Assembly (NCBI GenBank): GCA_905182335.1
Contig: CAJJBE010000005.1
Location: 133,005-197,004 of the forward strand
Reading direction: 5' to 3'
Length of the DNA: 64,000 nt
DNA from: Flavobacteriales bacterium UBA4466
GTDB taxonomy: Bacteria > Bacteroidota > Bacteroidia > Flavobacteriales_D > Crocinitomicaceae
The translations under genes were made by a program, and so were the position numbers. The notes under the pieces were generated by a model. It made no database searches and had not been told where the DNA came from. It saw nothing but the letters and a program-made list of their open reading frames with translations. Shown here one piece after another: positions 29,283 to 40,535 of this stretch. Each line of letters starts with the position of its first letter. Position 1 is the first letter of the stretch.

Positions 29283-29993
29283 TTAAAGCGTAGTTTTCTT
29301 AATCCACGGAATTAATCCTGGAATTTCATTTAAGTTGTTGATTGTCCATTCATGGGTTCCTTCTCTGTAGCTTTTTTTTGGGTCAAAAAGTATTCCTTGC
29401 ATCCCTGCTTTTTCTGCACCCACGATATCTACGAGGTAATCATCTCCAATCATTATGCTTTCCGAAGGTTTAGCCTTAGCATGATACATCGCATAGTCAA
29501 AAACATCTCGTGCAGGTTTGTTTTTTCCAACTTCGTCTGAGCAGACAATAACATCAAAATATTCGATGAGTTTACTTTTTTCTAGCTTAATGTATTGAAC
29601 CTCTGTAAAGCCGTTTGTTATTATGTGAAGTTCGTGGCCTTCAGTTTTTAAATTAGCTAAAGTTTCTCTCGTATTTGGGAAAATATTTGTTTGATACGGA
29701 CTCGTTTTAACATATCCATCGCACAATTGAATCGCTAATTCTTCATTGTGTACATCGAATTTTTTTAGTGTGTCAATAAATCGTTTTATACGCAGTTCTG
29801 CTTTTGTTATTTTACCTGAACCGTATTGGTGCCAAAGTTTGGTATTAATTTTTTTGTATGCAGTATTAAATAATATGAATGATCTTATATGTTCACTTAA
29901 CTGAAGGTCATCGTAAATAATTTGCAAGGCTATTTCAGAGTTTTTCTCAAAATCCCAAAGTGTTCTGTCTAGATCGAAGAATAAGTGTTTCAT
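29283..29993 (-). CDS. HAD-superfamily hydrolase (YjjG-like nucleotidase subfamily)
   Basis: FFDLDRTLWDF (DxD nucleophile motif), ITNG, and GDDYLVDIVGA motif IV. Confidence 0.8.
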   Translation of the reverse strand: MKHLFFDLDRTLWDFEKNSEIALQIIYDDLQLSEHIRSFILFNTAYKKINTKLWHQYGSGKITKAELRIKRFIDTLKKFDVHNEELAIQLCDGYVKTSPYQTNIFPNTRETLANLKTEGHELHIITNGFTEVQYIKLEKSKLIEYFDVIVCSDEVGKNKPARDVFDYAMYHAKAKPSESIMIGDDYLVDIVGAEKAGMQGILFDPKKSYREGTHEWTINNLNEIPGLIPWIKKTTL

Positions 29994-30454
29994 CCGTATA
30001 TCAAATATGCAAGCCCCGTAGTTACCAAAGCATTTAGAAACATTCCAACAACGATTAAAGGATATGTCTTTTTTTTATGACCATAAAACTTAGCAGTTAC
30101 AATACTTCCAACAGGAATTGACAGGAAGAAAGGAGCCCAGAAAGAGATACCTACAATGCCTATAGACACCTTTATCTTGACAATGAATTTATTCATTCTA
30201 GAGAACTTCTTTTTTGTCTTTAATTCAATCCCTTGTTTGATACTTTCATCCACTAGGTTTTGTCTTTTTTTCTCGGCGCGTTTTATGAAATATCCACCTG
30301 AAAAATAAAAGAATCCAGAGCCAGCGATACCTCCTGAGACACAGGTGAAATAAGTCTCAAAAAATGAGAGTCCCAAGCCGGGTCCACCTAATGGTGTAAA
30401 CATAAACTTAACCGTGGAAAGAAGGAATAAAGAAATAAGTGAGCCCCACATCAT
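29990..30454 (-). CDS. Small hypothetical membrane protein
   Basis: 154 aa with four hydrophobic segments and a basic central loop. 4-nt overlap with the downstream HAD gene. Confidence 0.5.
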   Translation of the reverse strand: MMWGSLISLFLLSTVKFMFTPLGGPGLGLSFFETYFTCVSGGIAGSGFFYFSGGYFIKRAEKKRQNLVDESIKQGIELKTKKKFSRMNKFIVKIKVSIGIVGISFWAPFFLSIPVGSIVTAKFYGHKKKTYPLIVVGMFLNALVTTGLAYLIYG

Positions 30455-30460
30455 AGTCGA

Positions 30461-31117
30461 TTACGATTTTATTCCGTAGGCTAAATCTCCAGCGTCACCA
30501 AGACCTGGAACTATGTATGATTGTGCTGTAAGCTCATCGTCAATTGCGCCAATGTAATATGTTGTAGACTTTGGTAGTTCCTTGGATAGGTAATCAAGTG
30601 CTTCAGATGTAGCAATAGCTGAAACAACAATTAATCTTGAGGGTGTTCCTTGACGTAATATCGACTTATATACCATAGACATAGAGCTTCCTGTAGCGAG
30701 CATTGGATCACTAATGATAAGGACATTGTTGTCAATTTTTGGAGAGGCTAAATACTCTACATAAATTTCAAAATCCTCTAAGGTCGTATGTTTTCTATAG
30801 GCAGAAACAAAAGCGCTATCAGCACGGTCAAAGTAATTTAAAAGCCCTAGATGCATTCCTAAACCAGCACGGAGAATTGTTGCAAGTACTGGCTGCTCTT
30901 TGAGTAACGGAGTATTAGCTATCCCAAGCGGCGTGTTAATGTCAACATACTCATATTCTAGTTCTTTAGATAATTCATAAGCTAAAACTTCTGAAATACG
31001 TTCCAAATTTCTACGGAATCGCATTGAATCTTTTTGGATTGATACATCGCGTAGCTCAGCAATAAAAGTTTGAAAAATAGAACTAGTTTTTGAGAAGTCG
31101 TATATCATTTTTAGCAC
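30461..31117 (-). CDS. upp: Uracil phosphoribosyltransferase
   Basis: PRPP-binding block LIISDPMLATGSS and C-terminal IVPGLGDAGD. Confidence 0.9.
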   Translation of the reverse strand: MLKMIYDFSKTSSIFQTFIAELRDVSIQKDSMRFRRNLERISEVLAYELSKELEYEYVDINTPLGIANTPLLKEQPVLATILRAGLGMHLGLLNYFDRADSAFVSAYRKHTTLEDFEIYVEYLASPKIDNNVLIISDPMLATGSSMSMVYKSILRQGTPSRLIVVSAIATSEALDYLSKELPKSTTYYIGAIDDELTAQSYIVPGLGDAGDLAYGIKS

Positions 31118-31240
31118 TTTTGCATAAAGTTAATCGATATTTGTCGTATATATGGCAATCAAGATAATTAATTATGGTTTTTTGTCACTTTCTATTTAAA
31201 TAAATACCTAGGGAAATATCGCTTCGTTAGATCTTTAAAT

Positions 31241-31248
31241 TACTTTTG
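31241..31248 (+). promoter_or_regulatory. Candidate -7 promoter box abutting the start codon (possible leaderless mRNA)
   Basis: TACTTTTG ends 5 nt before the ATG at 31254. Confidence 0.25.
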
Positions 31249-31253
31249 CTTTA

Positions 31254-33014
31254 ATGTCACAAAAGAACAAGCTAAACATTACCGTTTTCAAACGACTACT
31301 TTCTTATTGGAAGTTGTATAAAGGATTGTTTATTGTTGCTGTAGGGTGTGTTTTGGCTTTAGCCATACTAGGTCCCTCTAGACCCTATTTTATTGGTCGT
31401 ATGGTGGATCTATATATCGTTAAATCTCAAAACGGTGAAATGCTAATCGCTTGGACTTTGATAATTATTGGTATTCTCATTTTTGATGCGGTGTTTCAGT
31501 TTCTTTCTACTTACTTCTCAAACTTGTTCGCACAATCAATTATCAGAGATTTAAGAAAGGAATTGATGAGCCGAATGTTATCCTTTAGAATGCAGTATTT
31601 TGACAGGACCCCAATTGGAGCATTAGTAACTCGAGTAGTTTCAGATTTAGAGGCAATCACAGAGGTTTTTTCTTCTGGAATAATGGCAATTGTGGGAGAT
31701 TTAATTTCGTTAATTGTCGTTGTTAGTTTAATGTTTTGGTCGAGTTGGCAGTTAAGTTTAATGACCCTAATTCCGATTCCATTATTGATTGTTGCAACCA
31801 GACTTTTTGCAAGATATATTAGGAAGTCATTTCAAATGGAGCGTGATCAAGTGACGCGTTTAAATACATTTGTTCAGGAAAGAATTACGGGAATCTCATT
31901 AGTTCAACTTTTTAACCGCCAAGATCAAGAATATAAAATTTTTCAAGGCATTAATGCTAAACATAGGCAGGCACATATTAAAGCAATTTGGGCAAATTCT
32001 ATTTTCTTTCCAGTAGTAGAAATGTTGAGTTCTTTTTCGATAGCATTCTTGCTAGTTTGGACAGCGCAACGTGTTGGTAATTCAGATTCAAAAGATGTAG
32101 GTTTGATGTTTGGTGAGACAATTTCATTCGTGTTATGGATTCATATGCTTTATAGACCAATTCGCCAGCTGGCAGACAAGTTTAATATTCTTCAGCGTGG
32201 AACAGTTCGCGCAGAGCGAGTTTTTGAGATAATTGATCGAGAAGATCATATTCAAAATGATGGAGTTCTTACTGATTGTAAGTTTGATCAAAGCATAAGT
32301 TTTAATAACCTCTATTTTGCATATAATAATGAAGATTGGGTACTGAAGAATATTAATCTGAAGATTCAACCCGGTACTACCGTAGCCTTTGTCGGATCAA
32401 CTGGAGCAGGAAAGAGTTCTTTGGTTAATTTAATAGGTAGATTTTACGAGTACCAGAAAGGTAGTATTCTATTTGGGAATACTGAATTAAGCGAAATTGA
32501 ATTGAATTATCTCAGAAAAAACATTGCGATTGTTTTACAAGATGTGTTTTTGTTTTCAGAATCGGTGTTCAATAATATCACGCTTGGAGATCCTTCCATT
32601 TCAAGAGAAGATGTAGTTGCGGCATCGAAGGCTGTCGGAGCACATGACTTTATTATGAAGCTTCCTGGCGGATACGATTACGAGGTTGGTGAAAGAGGCG
32701 GAGTATTGTCTACTGGACAGCGTCAACTACTTTCGTTTATTCGTGTTTATGTTTATGATCCATATATTTTAATTTTGGATGAAGCTACATCTAGTATCGA
32801 TAATGAATCTGAAGAGTTAATACAAAAGGCAACAAAAAAATTAACAGAAGGAAGAACATCTATCGTTATTGCACACAGATTGTCAACTATACAAACGGCA
32901 AATAAAATAGTAGTATTAGATAAAGGAGAAATAAAAGAACAAGGAACACATGCAGAGTTGCTAGATTTAGAGGGTTACTATAGGGTGCTTTACGATATGC
33001 AGTTTTCAGAATGA
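31254..33014 (+). CDS. ABC exporter, fused permease/ATPase (MsbA/multidrug type)
   Basis: Six N-terminal TM helices. Walker A GSTGAGKSS, signature LSTGQRQ, Walker B ILILDEATS. Confidence 0.9.
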   Translation: MSQKNKLNITVFKRLLSYWKLYKGLFIVAVGCVLALAILGPSRPYFIGRMVDLYIVKSQNGEMLIAWTLIIIGILIFDAVFQFLSTYFSNLFAQSIIRDLRKELMSRMLSFRMQYFDRTPIGALVTRVVSDLEAITEVFSSGIMAIVGDLISLIVVVSLMFWSSWQLSLMTLIPIPLLIVATRLFARYIRKSFQMERDQVTRLNTFVQERITGISLVQLFNRQDQEYKIFQGINAKHRQAHIKAIWANSIFFPVVEMLSSFSIAFLLVWTAQRVGNSDSKDVGLMFGETISFVLWIHMLYRPIRQLADKFNILQRGTVRAERVFEIIDREDHIQNDGVLTDCKFDQSISFNNLYFAYNNEDWVLKNINLKIQPGTTVAFVGSTGAGKSSLVNLIGRFYEYQKGSILFGNTELSEIELNYLRKNIAIVLQDVFLFSESVFNNITLGDPSISREDVVAASKAVGAHDFIMKLPGGYDYEVGERGGVLSTGQRQLLSFIRVYVYDPYILILDEATSSIDNESEELIQKATKKLTEGRTSIVIAHRLSTIQTANKIVVLDKGEIKEQGTHAELLDLEGYYRVLYDMQFSE

Positions 33015-33874
33015 AAATTATGATAGGATTAAAAATTGGTGGTGTGCCTGAACATTTCAATTTACCATGGCGAATGGCAATAGAAGAGGGTAAATTTAGA
33101 AAACAAGGAATTCAGCTTCACTGGAGCGACATGGGGGGAGGTACTGGACAGATGATTCGTGGTTTAAAAAACAAAACCTTAGATGTAGCAGTGCTTTTAA
33201 CAGAGGGCATTACAAAAGCAATATTACAAGGTTTAGATGCTAAAATAATTCAGGTTTATGTGACAACTCCTTTGCGTTGGGGAATTCATGTTCCATTCAA
33301 TTCTGACATTGAAAAAGTGGATCAATTGGAAGGGAAAATATTTGCTATTTCTAGAGAAGGTTCAGGTTCGCACTTAATGAGCTTTGTGAAAGCGAATCAG
33401 GAAGGATGGGATCCAAAGGGGTTAAAGTTTAATGTTGTTGGTGATCTTTATGGCGGGCTTTGGGCCCTTGATAATAATAAAGCTCAAGCTTTTCTTTGGG
33501 AGAAATACACAACTCATCCATTTGCAGAGCAAAAGAAATGTAGGTGTATTGATGAGGTAGTAACACCCTGGCCTTGCTTTGTTATAGCTGTGCGAACAGA
33601 ACTATATGAAAAGCATAAGGATGATTTAGGTTTAATGTGCTCAATTGTAAATGAGAAAGCATCCGATCTAAAGAAAAATGATAATATAATCGATTTGATT
33701 AGTTGGAGATACAACCTCCGTCATGGTCAAGTAGAAAATTGGTTGAATGAAACGGCTTGGAATTATTCAGGGATTAAATATCCGTTAGCATTTGAAAAGA
33801 CGATTTCGAACTTAATTAAATTAGGTTTAATTAAAGATTATGAATCTAAAAATTGGCGTTCAAAGTTATTTTAG
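33011..33874 (+). CDS. Cytoplasmic periplasmic-binding-protein-fold (NMT1/THI5-like) protein
   Basis: 287 aa with no signal peptide. It begins directly with IGLKIGGVPEHFNLPW. ATGA overlap with the ABC exporter. The family assignment is tentative. Confidence 0.5.
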   Translation: MKIMIGLKIGGVPEHFNLPWRMAIEEGKFRKQGIQLHWSDMGGGTGQMIRGLKNKTLDVAVLLTEGITKAILQGLDAKIIQVYVTTPLRWGIHVPFNSDIEKVDQLEGKIFAISREGSGSHLMSFVKANQEGWDPKGLKFNVVGDLYGGLWALDNNKAQAFLWEKYTTHPFAEQKKCRCIDEVVTPWPCFVIAVRTELYEKHKDDLGLMCSIVNEKASDLKKNDNIIDLISWRYNLRHGQVENWLNETAWNYSGIKYPLAFEKTISNLIKLGLIKDYESKNWRSKLF

Positions 33875-33875
33875 T

Positions 33876-34901
33876 ATGAGAAAAGTAGGAGTATTATTAG
33901 TTCAGTTAGGAACACCAGATAGCCCAAAAACATCTGATGTTAGAAGGTATTTAAGCGAGTTTTTAAATGATAAAAGAGTCATTGATTTACCTTGGTTGGG
34001 GAGAAAGGTACTTGTCAATGGTATTATTGTGCCTTTCCGTGCACCAAAATCAGCGAAGATTTATAAAGAACTTTGGGATTTGAGTAATGGCATTTCTCCT
34101 TTAATAACACATACAAACAATGTAAAGGAGAAGCTTCAAAAAAGATTTGTCAATTCAAACGTAACGGTAAATATTGCAATGAGGTATCAAAACCCTGCAA
34201 TGTATGATGTAATTGAAGGAATGAGAAAAGAGAACTATGATCATATTGTCGTTCTGCCATTATTTCCTCAATATGCGAGTGCTTCAACTGGGTCAGCTAT
34301 TGAATTGGCAATGAATCTTATTCGTAAATGGTGGGTTGTACCAGAAGTTTCTATAATCAACCAGTTTTGGGATAATGAAGGGTATATCGATTCAATTATT
34401 GAGCGCTCTAGGGAATTCAACTTAAAAGAATATGACCATGTATTATTCTCATATCATGGCCTACCTGAAAGGCATGTAGATAAAATATATGAAGATGATG
34501 ACCTTTGCACAGATCAACCGTGCGAAACGGAAATAAATGAACAGAATAAGCTTTGTTATAAAGCAACATGTTATGCTACTACACGTTTAATTGCAGAAAA
34601 GTTAGGCCTAGAAGAGCAAGATTATACAGTTTGCTTTCAATCACGATTAGATAAAAAGTGGTTAACACCATTCTCAGATAAAATTGTTGAAGACCAAGCA
34701 AAAAAAGGAGCTAAGAAATTATTGGCTTTTAGCCCTGCATTTGTTGCTGACTGTCTTGAAACACTTATTGAAATTGGAGATGAATATCAAGCGATTTTTG
34801 AAGCATTTGGTGGAGAGAAAATTCAACTCGTTCCAAGCTCAAATGATCATGACCGATTTATTGATGGTTTGGAAGAGTTAATAAAAGAAAAGTTAAAATA
34901 A
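33876..34901 (+). CDS. hemH: Ferrochelatase
   Basis: MRKVGVLLVQLGTPDSP start, PLFPQYASASTG, and the SYHGLPERH block. The ATG lies 1 nt after the upstream stop. Confidence 0.9.
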   Translation: MRKVGVLLVQLGTPDSPKTSDVRRYLSEFLNDKRVIDLPWLGRKVLVNGIIVPFRAPKSAKIYKELWDLSNGISPLITHTNNVKEKLQKRFVNSNVTVNIAMRYQNPAMYDVIEGMRKENYDHIVVLPLFPQYASASTGSAIELAMNLIRKWWVVPEVSIINQFWDNEGYIDSIIERSREFNLKEYDHVLFSYHGLPERHVDKIYEDDDLCTDQPCETEINEQNKLCYKATCYATTRLIAEKLGLEEQDYTVCFQSRLDKKWLTPFSDKIVEDQAKKGAKKLLAFSPAFVADCLETLIEIGDEYQAIFEAFGGEKIQLVPSSNDHDRFIDGLEELIKEKLK

Positions 34902-34965
34902 TTGATTTGCATGTTACTAATCGATATTAATCTGTTGTATAATTCATATTTACATAGGAACTTCG

Positions 34966-34973
34966 TAACTTTG
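34966..34973 (+). promoter_or_regulatory. Candidate -7 promoter box (TAnnTTTG) for ahcY
   Basis: TAACTTTG lies 33 nt upstream of the ATG at 35007. Confidence 0.3.
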
Positions 34974-35006
34974 CATCATTAAAATTGAATAAATAAGAAT
35001 AAAAAT

Positions 35007-36317
35007 ATGAGTACAACAGAAAAGTTACCTTATAAGGTAAAAGATATCAGCCTTGCTGATTATGGAAGAAAAGAGATTAATATTGCTGAAGCAGAAATGC
35101 CAGGTTTAATGTCCCTTCGTGAAGAGTATGGGTCTTCTAAGCCATTGGCTGGAGCAAGAATCGCAGGATGTCTTCATATGACAATTCAAACCGCGGTATT
35201 AATTGAAACATTGGTTGAGTTAGGGGCTGACGTAACATGGTCCTCATGTAATATATTTTCTACACAAGATCATGCAGCAGCGGCTATAGCAGCAGTAGGC
35301 GTTCCAGTTTATGCTTGGAAAGGATTGAATGAAGAAGAATTCGATTGGTGTATAGAGCAAACATTGTTCGCGTTTAAAGATGGGAAACCATTAAATTTGA
35401 TTTTGGATGATGGGGGAGATTTAACAAATATGGTCTTCGACCGTTACCCAGAGTTATGTGAAGGTATTAAAGGTCTTTCTGAAGAGACTACAACAGGCGT
35501 TCACCGTTTGTATGAAAGAAAGAATAATGGCACTTTGGTTATGCCAGCAATTAACGTAAATGACTCAGTTACGAAGTCTAAGTTTGATAATAAATACGGA
35601 TGCAAAGAATCATTAGTTGATGCTATTCGTCGTGCTACAGATACAATGATGGCCGGGAAAGTTGCTGTTGTTTGTGGATACGGAGATGTTGGTAAAGGCT
35701 CTGCTGCATCACTTCAGGGGGCTGGAGCAAGAGTTATTGTTACTGAAGTTGATCCAATTTGTGCTTTACAAGCTGCAATGGATGGTTTTGAAGTACGTAA
35801 ACTAGAAAACGTTGTTGATAAAGTTGATATCGTTGTAACTACAACAGGTAATAAAGACATTGTTCAAGGGCACCATTTTGAAGCAATGAGAGATAAGACT
35901 ATTGTTTGTAATATCGGTCACTTCGATAATGAAATCGATATGGGATGGCTAAACGGGAATTATGGCTCTTCTAAAATTGAAATTAAGCCTCAAGTTGATA
36001 TGTATAATATTAATGGTAAGGACATTATTCTTTTAGCTGAAGGTCGTCTTGTGAATTTAGGATGTGCTACAGGTCACCCTTCATTTGTAATGTCTAATTC
36101 TTTCACCAACCAAACATTGGCTCAATTAGAATTATGGAACAACATTGATGCGTATGAAAATGACGTATATATGTTACCTAAACATTTAGATGAAAAAGTT
36201 GCAAAATTACACCTTGCGAAAGTTGGTGCTGAGCTCACAGAGTTAAGACCGGATCAAGCTTCTTATATTGGAGTTGAAGTAGATGGTCCATATAAGCCAG
36301 ATCACTACAGATACTAG
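35007..36317 (+). CDS. ahcY: Adenosylhomocysteinase
   Basis: Strongly conserved blocks throughout ([31 protein letters not shown]-terminal YRY). Confidence 0.97.
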   Translation: MSTTEKLPYKVKDISLADYGRKEINIAEAEMPGLMSLREEYGSSKPLAGARIAGCLHMTIQTAVLIETLVELGADVTWSSCNIFSTQDHAAAAIAAVGVPVYAWKGLNEEEFDWCIEQTLFAFKDGKPLNLILDDGGDLTNMVFDRYPELCEGIKGLSEETTTGVHRLYERKNNGTLVMPAINVNDSVTKSKFDNKYGCKESLVDAIRRATDTMMAGKVAVVCGYGDVGKGSAASLQGAGARVIVTEVDPICALQAAMDGFEVRKLENVVDKVDIVVTTTGNKDIVQGHHFEAMRDKTIVCNIGHFDNEIDMGWLNGNYGSSKIEIKPQVDMYNINGKDIILLAEGRLVNLGCATGHPSFVMSNSFTNQTLAQLELWNNIDAYENDVYMLPKHLDEKVAKLHLAKVGAELTELRPDQASYIGVEVDGPYKPDHYRY

Positions 36318-36335
36318 AGACTCATCTTAATATTA

Positions 36336-36373
36336 AAAAGTGCCTTTCTTATTTTATAAAGGCACTTTTTTTA
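36336..36373 (+). terminator. Rho-independent terminator after ahcY
   Basis: AAAAAGTGCCTTT...AAAGGCAC followed by T7. Confidence 0.7.
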
Positions 36374-36418
36374 TGCCTAATTCCTACTATTTTTTTTTCT
36401 AAAAATAGATTTGCTGTA

Positions 36419-36447
36419 TTCGATATTATTTCTACAATAATATCGAA
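36419..36447. repeat. Perfect 12-bp inverted repeat upstream of the channel gene
   Basis: TTCGATATTATT (36419-36430), 5-nt spacer, AATAATATCGAA (36436-36447). Confidence 0.8.
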
Positions 36448-36539
36448 CACGGTATCAGAAATGCGAATCCTTAAGATATTTAATTGTAGTTGTTTGTCTT
36501 GTAAATAGGGAGGAACTTTTTTTATATCTTTACATTATT

Positions 36540-37340
36540 ATGAGAGGAAAATTGTACAGTGTAATTTTTGGAATTAATACGAAATCAGGTAGGAGATTTG
36601 ATATTGTTTTACTTCTTTTGATTTTATTGTCGGTTCTGATTATTATGTTTGAAAGTGTTCCGACTTGGAGCGTAGAGTTTCCAGAGGTCCTTTTTTATGC
36701 TGAATGGGTTTTTACCATAATTTTTACGATTGAATATATTTTGAGAATAATAATTTCTCCAAAACCATTGAAGTATATATTAAGTTGGTGGGGGCTTATT
36801 GATCTCGTTTCTATTTTACCAACTTTTATTGGTCCTTTTATTTCTGGATATACTTCTTTACGAGCAATTAGAGCTCTTCGCTTGTTACGTTTCTTTCGAA
36901 TTCTAAAGCTGAGTAGATTTACTTCGGAATCTCAATCTCTAGGCCGCTCCTTGAAGGCAAGTTATTATAAAATAATGGTCTTCTTGTTTTTCGTTGTAAT
37001 GATGATGGTGATGGCAGGGACTTTAATGTATGTAATAGAAGTTGGAACCAATGGTTTTGAAAGTATTCCTGCGAGTATTTATTGGGCGATTGTTACAACG
37101 ACTACAGTAGGTTATGGGGACATTACTCCGGCTACAGATATTGGGAAAATTATAGCTTCAATAATGATGATTGTTGGTTATGTTATTATCGCTGTTCCAA
37201 CTGGATTAATATCAATTGAGATGGCGAAAAATAATGAATTAGAGGCAAGTAATGATCAATGCGGTAAATGTGGTAATGATAACCCGATTCTCGCAGATTA
37301 TTGCAATAAATGTGGAGGAGAATTTTTTAAGGATAATTGA
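36540..37340 (+). CDS. Six-TM voltage-gated-type K+ channel with a C-terminal zinc ribbon
   Basis: S4-like RAIRALRLLRFFRILKLSR. Selectivity filter TTTTVGYGD. C-terminal CGKCGNDNPILADYCNKCG. Confidence 0.85.
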   Translation: MRGKLYSVIFGINTKSGRRFDIVLLLLILLSVLIIMFESVPTWSVEFPEVLFYAEWVFTIIFTIEYILRIIISPKPLKYILSWWGLIDLVSILPTFIGPFISGYTSLRAIRALRLLRFFRILKLSRFTSESQSLGRSLKASYYKIMVFLFFVVMMMVMAGTLMYVIEVGTNGFESIPASIYWAIVTTTTVGYGDITPATDIGKIIASIMMIVGYVIIAVPTGLISIEMAKNNELEASNDQCGKCGNDNPILADYCNKCGGEFFKDN

Positions 37341-37360
37341 AGATGCATGATATTAAAAAT

Positions 37361-37393
37361 AAAGCCCCGAATCTAAGATTCGAGGCTTTTTTT
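37361..37393 (+). terminator. Rho-independent terminator after the channel gene
   Basis: AGCCCCGAATCT pairs with AGATTCGAGGCT (one mismatch), followed by T7. Confidence 0.6.
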
Positions 37394-37440
37394 ATAGTGT
37401 CGTTCTAATTATCCGAAGCAAGTCGGGAAATTAGAAGCGA

Positions 37441-37465
37441 TAAAAAAGACCAACAATCGTTAGTC
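37441..37465 (-). terminator. Rho-independent terminator of groES-groEL
   Basis: On the minus strand GACTAAC-gatt-GTTGGTC (7 bp including one G-U) is followed by T6. Confidence 0.6.
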
Positions 37466-37496
37466 CTTTATGCTCTTTTCGGCTGAGCCGACTAAG

Positions 37497-39149
<1,653 letters not shown>

Positions 39150-39425
39150 TTAAAAAATTCCGTAAATATCAGTTTCACGCATTATTAGGTACGTTTCTCC
39201 TTCTAATTTAATTTCTGTTCCAGAGTATTGTCCGTATAAAACCTTATCATGAACTTTTACAGTCATCGGCTCATCTACTTTACCATTTCCTACAGCAATT
39301 ATTTTACCAATTAATGGCTTCTCTTTTGCTGAATCTGGAATGATAATTCCGCTTGCAGTTTTCATTTCTACGGCTGCTGGCTCAATTAGTACTCTATCTC
39401 CTAGAGGTTTAAATGTTAGTGACAT
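39150..39425 (-). CDS. groS: Co-chaperonin GroES
   Basis: 91 aa with [12 protein letters not shown] and the mobile-loop block. It lies 18 nt upstream of groEL. Confidence 0.95.
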   Translation of the reverse strand: MSLTFKPLGDRVLIEPAAVEMKTASGIIIPDSAKEKPLIGKIIAVGNGKVDEPMTVKVHDKVLYGQYSGTEIKLEGETYLIMRETDIYGIF

Positions 39426-39517
39426 AATTATTTAATTAGTTTGAAATATTTCGCTATTAATTTTGCGACGAATTTTGTGCCAATACCAGTATTGCGACAT
39501 TTTTACACTTTTAGACA

Positions 39518-39550
39518 TAAAAAATGTCAGTACGCGTGACATACTGACAT
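39518..39550 (-). terminator. Rho-independent terminator after secG
   Basis: ATGTCAGTA and TACTGACAT form a 9-bp stem with a 9-nt loop. On the minus strand it is followed by T5. Confidence 0.7.
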
Positions 39551-39587
39551 TAATAGTTGCAGTGATTACTTATTCGGAATCGATTAA

Positions 39588-39884
39588 TTACTTTTCTTGA
39601 TTGCTAGAAACTGGTGCCTCTTGCTCAGTAGTATCATTGGCAGTAGGGCTAACTGGATCTGGAGATTTTGTTCTAAGAGTAAGAATGATACTTAGCACCG
39701 CTAAAACACCAGCCAAAGACCAGGTTGCTTTATCAATAAAATCATTCGTTTTCTGAACACCACCAAGTTGCTGTGCAGCACCAAAGTCAGAACTTAACCC
39801 TCCACCTTTTGGGTTTTGAATATATACTACAAGGACAAGTAAAACACTTGCAAGAATAATGATGATTGAAAATAAAGTATTCAT
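39588..39884 (-). CDS. secG: Preprotein translocase subunit SecG
   Basis: Two TM helices flanking the Gly-rich block QNPKGGGLSSDFG. Confidence 0.85.
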   Translation of the reverse strand: MNTLFSIIIILASVLLVLVVYIQNPKGGGLSSDFGAAQQLGGVQKTNDFIDKATWSLAGVLAVLSIILTLRTKSPDPVSPTANDTTEQEAPVSSNQEK

Positions 39885-39887
39885 TTT

Positions 39888-40535
39888 TTATATGTTTAAT
39901 TTTTTCTGTAATTCTTCTATTAAGCTTGCAAAGAAAATCTTTTTTTCTGGATTATTCAAGCTTAATTGCTTATAAGCGTTAATTGCAAGTGGAAAATTCC
40001 CTTGTATTGCGTATATTTTAGCTAAAGTTTCACTGACAGGAAGAGTATCTTCATTAAGACTTTCTTTGGCTTTTTTTGATGGGGAAAAGAACTCTTTTTT
40101 AGGTCTATTAGCTTCGCCAAATAGTTCGATTACCGGACTGAATCCCTTAACTAATCCATAGATAGCATCTTTATCCTCAGTTGAATGTTCTTCAAAATTA
40201 TTATTAGAGTATAACCAAGAATTAAATGATTTTTTAGACGTTTCTTTCGCTGCTTTTACTACTGATTTCGCTCCAATTTTTGATTCCGAAATATTTTTAA
40301 AATTTCTTTTCTTTTCGACTTCAACTTTAGTAAGTTCGTCTTCCGTTAGTTCTGGTAGTTGATAATTTGCTGAAATTGCATGGTACAAAACATTTTCATC
40401 TAATTTATCCTTTGGTAATATAGGTTCAGTTGCTTCAACTGGAGGGTCTAAATTAATTTCCTCCGTTTGAGAAATATACTCTTGTTCAACTTCATCATCA
40501 GCAACCTTCTTCTTCTTCTTCTTCTTTCTCCACAA
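39888..40535 (-). CDS. Hypothetical protein, apparent C-terminal part of a split conserved gene (TPR-like C-terminus)
   Basis: The ORF opens only with TTG inside the (GAA)6 tract. The C-terminal [32 protein letters not shown] looks like a single TPR-type helix pair. Confidence 0.5.
   Translation of the reverse strand: MWRKKKKKKKVADDEVEQEYISQTEEINLDPPVEATEPILPKDKLDENVLYHAISANYQLPELTEDELTKVEVEKKRNFKNISESKIGAKSVVKAAKETSKKSFNSWLYSNNNFEEHSTEDKDAIYGLVKGFSPVIELFGEANRPKKEFFSPSKKAKESLNEDTLPVSETLAKIYAIQGNFPLAINAYKQLSLNNPEKKIFFASLIEELQKKLNI

Noticed and set aside
34902-35006. SAH riboswitch upstream of ahcY.
   Set aside because: The 105-nt leader is AT-rich and lacks any GC-rich pseudoknot-forming segments. 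It fits a plain promoter region better.
37403-37436. Extra imperfect hairpin (TTCTAATT...CCGA/TCGG...AATTAGAA) between the two convergent terminators.
   Set aside because: It has no flanking U-run and is imperfect. It lies in a terminator-rich convergent spacer and has no independent evidence of function.
39462-39484. Sigma-54-like TTGGCAC upstream of groES (minus strand TTGGCACAAAATTCGTCGC), tempting given the nearby sigma-54 activator.
   Set aside because: The -12 element is wrong: TCGT occupies the TTGC position, and the nearest GC is 3 nt out of register. Sigma-54 promoters do not tolerate altered spacing.
40507-40524. (GAA)6 tract as a slipped-strand phase-variation switch for the split gene.
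   Set aside because: Gain or loss of whole trinucleotide units cannot change the reading frame. The frame change needs a single-nt indel at the tract border, so classic repeat-mediated phase variation is unlikely.
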